Shown here: piece after piece, positions 57,022 through 64,000 of the stretch
Position numbering within the stretch: the first letter of the stretch is position 1
How the letters are laid out: each line of letters begins with the position of its first letter
NCBI GenBank assembly: GCA_018302765.1
Contig: JAGVZG010000001.1
Span: forward strand, 4,482-68,481
Direction: 5' to 3'
DNA length: 64,000 bases
Origin: Candidatus Woesearchaeota archaeon
GTDB taxonomy: Archaea; Nanobdellota; Nanobdellia; SCGC-AAA011-G17; GW2011-AR18
Translations under genes and position numbers: made by a program
Notes under the pieces: generated by a model
The model's database searches: none
Told to the model about the DNA's origin: nothing
The model's input: only the letters and a program-made list of their open reading frames with translations

Positions 57022-58315
57022 ATCTTACAATTTTATTTTTAATTTCTTCTAATTTTTCATCTGTGTCAGCTTCAATAACTATTCTCAATACATTTTCTGT
57101 ATTGCTTTTTCTTATATTCAGCCAATAATCTTTATGATATATTGAGGCGCCGTCTATTTTTAGAACTTTCTCTGCATCTTTAATGAATAATTCTGATATT
57201 TTTGACATTGCTTTATCTTTTTCTTTTACTTCTAAGTTTATTAATGTACTTGGGTATTTTTTTATTGATTCTATAATTTTTGATATTTTTTGCTTTTTTT
57301 TATTCATTAGTTCTATTAATTTTATTGTAGCATATACACCAGAGTCCATGTAAAAATTATATTTAAAAAAATAATGGCCTGATCTTTCCACTCCAAAGAC
57401 TGCGTTATTATTCCTCATTGTTCTGCCTACATAAGTGTGACCTACTTTGGAAATAATTGTTTTTACTTTTAGTTTACTTGCTGTTTCTATGAATGACCTG
57501 CTTATAGTTAGATCATGAACAACTTTTGAACCTGATTTTACTGTATCTATTAAGATTAATGAGCCAACTATTGAAGAACGTATCGTGTTACTTTTTTCGT
57601 CTACGAAGCTAACCCTGTCTGCATCACCATCAAAAGCAACTCCAAGGTCTGCTTTTTGTTTCATAACTTCTTGTTTTAATCTTACTAAGTTTTCTTCTTT
57701 GGAAGAATCTGTTCCCCTATTAGGAAATGTACCATCAATCTTGAAGAATAATGGTTTTACTTTTGCTACTTTTGAAATTATTTTTCCATCTATTGCACCC
57801 ATCATGTTTCCTGCATCAACCACAATCTTTAGTTTTGTATTTCTACTTTTTTTGAGAACGAATTTTGTGTAGTCATTTAGTATATGCTTTTTTATTATTT
57901 TTCCTTTTTTCGTTTGCTTGAAGTTATTTTTTTGAATTAATTTTTCTATTTTATTCAGGCCTGCTTCATACGATATAGGAATAGCCTTTTCTTTGCAGAA
58001 TTTCAGACCATTGAATTCTTTTGGAAGGTGAGATGCAGTAATCATTATTCCTGAGTTATTTTTGTAGTATGCTATTCCAAAATAAAACATTGGAGTTGTG
58101 CATAGTCCAATATCAATTACTGTTACACCTTGATCTATCAATCCTTTTATTACTGCTTTATGTAATACTGGTGAGCTCAATCTAGCATCTCTTCCTACAA
58201 CAACTGTTTTTGATTTAAATATGACTGCAAAAGATCTTGATATTTTGTATGCTATTTTTTCATTTAATTCTTCTGGAAACTTCCCTCTTATGTCATAGGC
58301 ATGAAATATTGACAT
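56987..58315 (-). CDS. phosphoglucomutase/phosphomannomutase (alpha-D-phosphohexomutase family)
   Basis: N-terminus GIRGKFPEELNE, TASHLP (active-site Ser loop) and FDGDADR metal-binding loop. Confidence 0.85.
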   Translation of the reverse strand: MSIFHAYDIRGKFPEELNEKIAYKISRSFAVIFKSKTVVVGRDARLSSPVLHKAVIKGLIDQGVTVIDIGLCTTPMFYFGIAYYKNNSGIMITASHLPKEFNGLKFCKEKAIPISYEAGLNKIEKLIQKNNFKQTKKGKIIKKHILNDYTKFVLKKSRNTKLKIVVDAGNMMGAIDGKIISKVAKVKPLFFKIDGTFPNRGTDSSKEENLVRLKQEVMKQKADLGVAFDGDADRVSFVDEKSNTIRSSIVGSLILIDTVKSGSKVVHDLTISRSFIETASKLKVKTIISKVGHTYVGRTMRNNNAVFGVERSGHYFFKYNFYMDSGVYATIKLIELMNKKKQKISKIIESIKKYPSTLINLEVKEKDKAMSKISELFIKDAEKVLKIDGASIYHKDYWLNIRKSNTENVLRIVIEADTDEKLEEIKNKIVRSMENDIHFEYS

Positions 58316-58318
58316 TTT

Positions 58319-59257
58319 TCAGTTTTCTCCACGATAGAATTTTGCTGCATTTTCAGGTGGCATAGGATTTATTATTGTTCCTGAGTATTCAAATCCAGCC
58401 CACGTTGTTAATCTTGGTATAAATTCTATATGAAAATGCAAACCATCTTCTTTTATAGGACTATAGTGAATCATAAAATTGTATGGTGTGTTTAATTCTT
58501 TAAGTTTTATTAGAATTTGGTTCATAATTGATGACAGATCGTTTAATTCACATTCTTCCAATCTTGTTATATGCCTTTTTGAGAAAATCCAGATTTCAAA
58601 TGGAAACCTTGATGCGTAAGGCGTAAACGCTATAAAATTTTTATTTTCATAGCATCTTCTGTATGAGTCTTTTTCTTTTTGTATGATAGTGCAATAAACG
58701 CAGTTTGAATGGTTTTTTGAATTTTTTACTTCGCTTTCTACTATATGCGGTATTTTGTTGTAGGCAATTATCTGCGAGTGGGAATGTAGGATTGATGTTC
58801 CTGCAGCTTCATCATGATTTTTGAATATTTGAACGTAATTTATTCCTGGAATTCTTGAAAGTTCTTCTATTCTTTTTATATAGACATTCAAAATGTTCTT
58901 TATATTTTCTGGATCCAAATCCCATAGCTGTTTTTTATGATCTGCTGTTTCTACCACTATTTCATGTGAGCCATAAGCATCTGAAAATGTATAAAATTCA
59001 TTATGTGTTTTTATTGTGTAATCTCCTTCTTGTTTTACTGCCGGATATTTGTTTTTTATAACTCTTATTTCCCATTTTCCTTTTTCTGGAAAGCGCATTA
59101 TTTCTTCAGGAGTCAGGTTTTCATTTTCAGGGCAGAAATAACAAACGCCTTCTTTTTTCTTTACTTTTTCTTTTTTAAATTCATGCGGTCTTTTAGCTCT
59201 TTCTGATGCTATTATGACCCATCTGTCCAATATGTAGTCTTTTCTTAGCTCAGGCAT
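58319..59257 (-). CDS. galT: galactose-1-phosphate uridylyltransferase-like (HIT superfamily) nucleotidyltransferase
   Basis: N-terminal Zn site CYFCPENE and the HSHSQ (HxHxQ) active-site motif. Confidence 0.75.
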   Translation of the reverse strand: MPELRKDYILDRWVIIASERAKRPHEFKKEKVKKKEGVCYFCPENENLTPEEIMRFPEKGKWEIRVIKNKYPAVKQEGDYTIKTHNEFYTFSDAYGSHEIVVETADHKKQLWDLDPENIKNILNVYIKRIEELSRIPGINYVQIFKNHDEAAGTSILHSHSQIIAYNKIPHIVESEVKNSKNHSNCVYCTIIQKEKDSYRRCYENKNFIAFTPYASRFPFEIWIFSKRHITRLEECELNDLSSIMNQILIKLKELNTPYNFMIHYSPIKEDGLHFHIEFIPRLTTWAGFEYSGTIINPMPPENAAKFYRGEN

Positions 59258-59266
59258 ATTACCTCT

Positions 59267-59815
59267 TTATTTTTTATCTTTAACTTTTTTATAACCTATC
59301 CATACCAATATTATAAGTTCTATCCCCAATATAACCGCTCTTAATGTCTTGCTTAAGTCACCAAACACCCTGAAAGTACCTTGTATTAATACAAGTATAC
59401 CGCCAAACATAAAACCAGAGGCTATTGCATCAAGTATTTTAGGCAAGTATAATCCTGTTAGTATAGTTATTATGCCAATGATTGCTGAAATATAAAATAT
59501 GTTCTTATTATATTTTGAACTTTCTTCATGAAATTTTTTAGAGCAATAGTCACAGTGAGCTTCCTCTGGACACCCTTTGCTGTCATATTTATATCTTACT
59601 TCTCCTTTATCTTTGTAACACTGCTCTGCTATTTTTTGCGCATTTATTTGGCTACAGTTTTGCTGCACTCCTAAAGGCAGAGGCTCAGGATAGTAGGTTT
59701 GATTACAATATTCATCATATTTTGGCTGTTCATAAACAGCATCTACTAGAAATACTATAAATAAGACAAACAATACTGCTATTCCTGCAGTCAGAGCTAT
59801 CTTTTTTGTTTCCAT
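59267..59815 (-). CDS. membrane protein with an extracytoplasmic Cys-rich segment
   Basis: N-terminal TM helix, 8 Cys in the central region, and 2 C-terminal TM helices. Confidence 0.4.
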   Translation of the reverse strand: METKKIALTAGIAVLFVLFIVFLVDAVYEQPKYDEYCNQTYYPEPLPLGVQQNCSQINAQKIAEQCYKDKGEVRYKYDSKGCPEEAHCDYCSKKFHEESSKYNKNIFYISAIIGIITILTGLYLPKILDAIASGFMFGGILVLIQGTFRVFGDLSKTLRAVILGIELIILVWIGYKKVKDKK

Positions 59816-61620
59816 TAATATACCTTGGTGATCGCCAACTCATGTGCTTTTATATAATTTTCTATGAGAATTTTCCAGTCTGCGAGATTTGAAATTTCTT
59901 TTGCTATTATTTTTTCTTCTACTCTGCCTTTTCTATTTAGTTTAGTGAAATTATGCATTATTCTTGTAAAGTCATCTATTATTTCGTCTTCATTTCTCTT
60001 GAATCTCTTTAGTACAAAAACTCCTGACTCTGTTTTATTTTTTGACATTAAAAATCTGCCAAATCCGCCTAGGTCTGTTGTTAGTGACGGAACACCCCAA
60101 GCTGAGCTTTCTAATGGGGTGTATCCCCAAGGTTCATAGTAACTTGGAAATAAACCCATATGGCATCCTGATATTGCATCGTAGTAAGGGAGATCTAGTA
60201 AACCATCTATTCCATTTAAATATACAGGGTAAAAAATTATTTTCACTTTATTATTTTTTGAGTTGTTCAGTCCATTTTCTAGTAAAGATTTTATTATTGC
60301 ATCATTGTTTTCATTTGGAATATTGTGCGTTATTAGCGGAGGACTGCCTTCTTTTGCAAAATTAATTCTTAGTTTTCTTACTTCTTGCAGGAAGTTTTCA
60401 TCGAAAACCTGATAGTGGAAATTTTCTTCTTCTGTCAGACATTCTGTTCCTACGCATTCAAGAATATTTTCAATTAGCCTTGATTGAAATAGTTTGGAAT
60501 TTTGCTCTACAAAATGTTTTATCTGGTGATAATTAAGTTTATTTTTTGCTAGTGTTTGTTTTGCGCTTTCTACCTGTGTTGGTATCCATAAAAAAGCTAT
60601 TACAGTTTTTTTTGATTTTTCTTCTGCTAAGATATTATTTAATTTAGATAATGATTTTATGAAAAGATCTATGCCTTTGTTTTTGAATTCATAGCGGCCA
60701 ACTATGAAAAATATTAATGTCTGCTCTATGTCAAAATAATAATATGGGAAAAAATAATATGCAATGAATTCTCTTATTTTTTCTCTGTTCTGTTGGTGGA
60801 GTATTGATGTTTCTTCAAACGAAGGAAATTGATCTATGTCTAGTCCGTTTAGTAATAATACATCTGGCTTTTTTCCTAAGAAATGCTCAGCTTCCATGCT
60901 TGTTATTTCTGATACTGTAGTAAAAACATCAGAACTGATTGCACATGCTTTTTCTGTTGAATGCTTATCTATTACGTTGTTTTTTCTTGCCTCTTCATCT
61001 GCATTAATTGACTCTATATTATTGTATATTTCATTTCCTATTGCAGACAAAGTTCTGCCTAGCATTGTTGCATGAGTAGTGAATATTGTTGCTACTTTTG
61101 CCTTATTCATTTTTAAGTAAAGCAGAGCAAATCCTGCAAGCCATTCATGACAATGTAAAACTATTTGCGAATTATTTTTATTGCTGTATAATTCAACTAA
61201 TTTTCCCACTGCAGTTGCCCATAACAATGGTTCTTCAAAATCCCATTGGGAAAATAATGAGTCTACTTTGAAATTATCCCACAGATCGCTTTTTATTTTA
61301 TTTTTTTCGTTAATTAAACCCTGAAATTCAATTAATATTGTTTGCGGGTTTCCTTTTGTTGTTGTCCATTCACCATAATGACATATTATACCTTGATTTT
61401 TTAATTCATTAAATACTTCTTGTAAAGGTTCAGGAAGTTCTTTAATTTTGAATTCGAATTTTGCTTGGTCTTTAAAATATGGACCAATTAAGAAATAATT
61501 ATTTTTATAGTTTTCAACCATTAAAGCTGATTTTGATTTTATTACTGTGTAAATACCGCCTACTTTATTGCATACTTCCCAGGATGCTTCAAATAGTATT
61601 TCTGGCTTTGTCATTTGCAC
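59815..61620 (-). CDS. glycogen synthase, GT3 (eukaryote-type) family
   Basis: N-terminus ILFEASWEVCNKVGGIYTVIKSKS matches the GT3 glycogen synthase signature (FEVAWEVANKVGGIYTV). Confidence 0.8.
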   Translation of the reverse strand: MQMTKPEILFEASWEVCNKVGGIYTVIKSKSALMVENYKNNYFLIGPYFKDQAKFEFKIKELPEPLQEVFNELKNQGIICHYGEWTTTKGNPQTILIEFQGLINEKNKIKSDLWDNFKVDSLFSQWDFEEPLLWATAVGKLVELYSNKNNSQIVLHCHEWLAGFALLYLKMNKAKVATIFTTHATMLGRTLSAIGNEIYNNIESINADEEARKNNVIDKHSTEKACAISSDVFTTVSEITSMEAEHFLGKKPDVLLLNGLDIDQFPSFEETSILHQQNREKIREFIAYYFFPYYYFDIEQTLIFFIVGRYEFKNKGIDLFIKSLSKLNNILAEEKSKKTVIAFLWIPTQVESAKQTLAKNKLNYHQIKHFVEQNSKLFQSRLIENILECVGTECLTEEENFHYQVFDENFLQEVRKLRINFAKEGSPPLITHNIPNENNDAIIKSLLENGLNNSKNNKVKIIFYPVYLNGIDGLLDLPYYDAISGCHMGLFPSYYEPWGYTPLESSAWGVPSLTTDLGGFGRFLMSKNKTESGVFVLKRFKRNEDEIIDDFTRIMHNFTKLNRKGRVEEKIIAKEISNLADWKILIENYIKAHELAITKVY

Positions 61621-61729
61621 CTCTTTATATTGTAGAATTGTAGTTTTGTAGTTTATATATTTTACTTAGGTTTATTACTAATTAATTATACTAATTTTTG
61701 CTGGCAGGTCTAATTTAATATCTTTAAAA

Positions 61730-62368
61730 TTAATTATATTTTAATAAATCATTAAGAACTTTCTTTGGGTTTTTTGCTGTAACAACAGCTGATGAAACTA
61801 AAATTCCTATTGCTCCATATTCAATTGATTTTTTCACGTCTAACTTATTATGAATTCCTGCACCTACCAATAGGTTTTTTATTTTTTTAGCTGCATTTTT
61901 TATTAATTCTGGCTTGGCCTCACTTACACTTATTCTCCCAGAAATGAGTTCTGGTGGTTCAATTGCTACATAATCTGGTTTTAATCTAGAAATTTTTTCT
62001 GCTTCATTTATGTCTTTGCTTGACACTACAGTTTTCAAATTATATTTTCTTGCTAATTTAATTCCTTTTTTTATATCTTTGAATTTCAATCTTTTTTCTG
62101 AATGATTAAGCAGAACTCCATAAGTCTTTGCAGCTTTTATTTCTGGGAAACTTACTGTTCCTGTGAAAGCTCCTGTTTCTACTGGGTCTGCATGTTCAAC
62201 GATAACTTTGGATTTTTTTACTGATTTTACTACATCTTTTATATCTACTGCATTTACTATTAGCCAGACATTTTTATGATCTAATTGTTTCGCTAATTTA
62301 ACTGCACTTTTTCCTATACCTTGTTTGTAGTCTTTAAAATTTACCAAAATTAAACTTTTTTTTTGCAT
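61730..62368 (-). CDS. tpiA: triosephosphate isomerase (archaeal type)
   Basis: NFKDY start, AIEPPELISG and GAGI motifs. Confidence 0.9.
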   Translation of the reverse strand: MQKKSLILVNFKDYKQGIGKSAVKLAKQLDHKNVWLIVNAVDIKDVVKSVKKSKVIVEHADPVETGAFTGTVSFPEIKAAKTYGVLLNHSEKRLKFKDIKKGIKLARKYNLKTVVSSKDINEAEKISRLKPDYVAIEPPELISGRISVSEAKPELIKNAAKKIKNLLVGAGIHNKLDVKKSIEYGAIGILVSSAVVTAKNPKKVLNDLLKYN

Positions 62369-62460
62369 TATTATTTGAATTCTGTTTAACTTAAATCATT
62401 TTTGGTTTTATTTTATTAAATTAAGAAGAAATATAAACACTTCAAAAGCTAAATATTACT

Positions 62461-63135
62461 ATGTTAAATCTAGTTTTTATTAGTTTTGCATTTGTCGCAG
62501 GATTAGTTGCATTTTTTGCTCCTTGTTCTGTTGTACTTTTACCCGGATATATAGCATATTATTTAAGTTCTGGTGAGACTAAGAAATTGGGAATATTTGA
62601 GAAGTTATACAAGGGATTAAAGTTTAGTTTTTTCACTATACTTGGATTTTTTACTGTATATGGAATTGCAGGCATTTTAGTGATATTATTCGGACAATTT
62701 ATCAAGGGATTTATCCCATGGCTTGCTATAATTTTTGGAATAGTTTTAGTTCTTATTGGTTTGCTTATGCTTTTGGGTGAGCATTTTGCCTTAAGTTTTG
62801 GTTTTTTAAGAATACAAAAAGAAACTCATAGTTTGTATTTATTCGGAACTGCATATTCAGTTGCTTCTCTTGGTTGCGTGTTTCCAATATTTCTGACTAT
62901 TTTGTTACAGGCTGTTGCAGGAGGGACTTTTTTTGAATCTGTAGCTCCTTTGCTGGCTTACATTTTTGGAATAAGTTTTGTAATGCTGGTAGTTACGGTT
63001 TTAATTATATTTGCCAGAAATTTCTTTAGTAAAAAATTAAATTATATTCTTCCTTATTTTTATTACATTAGTGCAGCTGTACTGATAATTGCAGGCATTT
63101 ACATGATTTATTATCAGTATGTTTTATTTAGATAG
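62461..63135 (+). CDS. ccdA: CcdA/DsbD-family thiol-disulfide transfer membrane protein
   Basis: FFAPCSVVLLPGYIAY in TM1 plus a second conserved Cys in LGCVFPI. Six TM helices. Confidence 0.65.
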   Translation: MLNLVFISFAFVAGLVAFFAPCSVVLLPGYIAYYLSSGETKKLGIFEKLYKGLKFSFFTILGFFTVYGIAGILVILFGQFIKGFIPWLAIIFGIVLVLIGLLMLLGEHFALSFGFLRIQKETHSLYLFGTAYSVASLGCVFPIFLTILLQAVAGGTFFESVAPLLAYIFGISFVMLVVTVLIIFARNFFSKKLNYILPYFYYISAAVLIIAGIYMIYYQYVLFR

Positions 63136-63165
63136 GAATATAAAATAGTTAAGCACTTTGTATTT

Positions 63166-64000
63166 ATGCGTAAAATACCATTAGTAGAGGTGAGTGGCGA
63201 TTATTATGACATTGGTTATCAAATAGGTGAGGCTTTAAAATCCAACATTAAAAAAACTATTAAATTTCCCATTAAAATTGCCAAAGAGCATCAATATTTT
63301 AAGATTGATTATTTTGTTGAAGTGGCACGAAAGTATTTTCCTTATGCTAACAAATACTTTCCTAATTTAGTGACTGAACTTAAAGGTATATCTGATGGCT
63401 CTGATCAGGATTTTGATATGATCTGGCTGTTAAATATTGAAGAGGTTCTTATTGATAATTATTTTGATAAATGTACTTCTATTGTCTTTAGAGAGGTTGA
63501 TGACAAAATATATCTTTATCATAATGAAGATTTTGAAAAGTATTATTCTAATAATATGGCAGTTGTTAAGGCAAACGTTAATAACAAAGTTAAGTTTTTA
63601 AGTCTGACATTTGCAGGAATGCTTCCTGGCAGTTCTGTTAGTTTGAATTCTTTTGGATTAATACAATGCATTAATTCTCTCCATACTAAGGATTATAGAT
63701 TAGGAATTCCTAAAAATTTTATTTCTAGAGCAGTATTGGAAGTTAAGAATATTAATGAAGCATTGAAAATTATTAAATTAAAATATAGAGCTTCAGCTTA
63801 TAATCATATCTTGATTCATAAAAATGATGTTGTTGATGTAGAAACTACAGCTGTTAAATATAAATTATTTAGTGTAAAGGATAAGGTTTTTGTTCACACA
63901 AACCATTATTTACATAAGAAGTTTTTTGATAATGAAGATCTTTTAGGTTCTAAATGGAGATATAATTCTATTTTTGATATTATTAAAAATTCAAAAGTTA
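63166..64000 (+). CDS. peptidase C45 / acyl-CoA:6-APA acyltransferase-like protein (3' end beyond window)
   Basis: 278 codons are open to the window end. DKCTSIVF supplies the putative N-terminal nucleophile Cys-Thr. The overall pattern resembles the C45 family. Confidence 0.5.
   Translation, partial: MRKIPLVEVSGDYYDIGYQIGEALKSNIKKTIKFPIKIAKEHQYFKIDYFVEVARKYFPYANKYFPNLVTELKGISDGSDQDFDMIWLLNIEEVLIDNYFDKCTSIVFREVDDKIYLYHNEDFEKYYSNNMAVVKANVNNKVKFLSLTFAGMLPGSSVSLNSFGLIQCINSLHTKDYRLGIPKNFISRAVLEVKNINEALKIIKLKYRASAYNHILIHKNDVVDVETTAVKYKLFSVKDKVFVHTNHYLHKKFFDNEDLLGSKWRYNSIFDIIKNSKV

Noticed and set aside
1-64000. rRNA genes, CRISPR arrays, integrase genes
   Set aside because: No long GC-rich rRNA-like blocks, no spaced repeat arrays and no tyrosine/serine recombinase motifs were seen.

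Overview
AT-rich archaeal chromosome segment with a DPANN-like gene repertoire. Supporting features: split rpoB and rpoA, thermosome, archaeal DnaG, L30e/L35Ae/L10e, NAC, archaeal-type AlaRS, and tRNAs carrying several non-canonical introns. The core is information processing: an rpoH–rpoB''–rpoB'–rpoA'–rpoA''–rpl30e–nusA operon, alaS, cysS, thermosome, dnaG, rpoD, RNase P RNA, SRP RNA and three intron-containing tRNAs (Tyr, Asp, Lys-like). Central metabolism genes are ndk, pepA, ppsA, tpiA, a eukaryote-type GT3 glycogen synthase, galT-like and phosphohexomutase. Accessory content includes: (i) a tightly packed five-gene minus-strand operon (31036–40230) that sits directly after nusA (the rpsL–rpsG–fusA genes usually found there are absent). 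It encodes a ~1000-aa SNF2-like helicase with a C-terminal Rossmann/MTase-like tail, a 902-aa coiled-coil protein and three unknown proteins, and is a candidate undescribed defence or DNA-modification system. (ii) A small islet between tRNA-Asp and the Lys-like tRNA with a MazEF-like TA pair, an IS630-type transposase N-terminal remnant and a secreted Cys-rich protein. (iii) Secreted peptidoglycan-directed enzymes that are unusual for an archaeon: a frameshifted M15 peptidase and a 3D-domain protein. (iv) An FmrO (ArmA/Rmt)-like rRNA methyltransferase next to the SRP RNA. (v) A 2OG-oxygenase gene remnant and an unexpected ORF wedged between rpoB' and rpoA'. No CRISPR array or rRNA gene is present.
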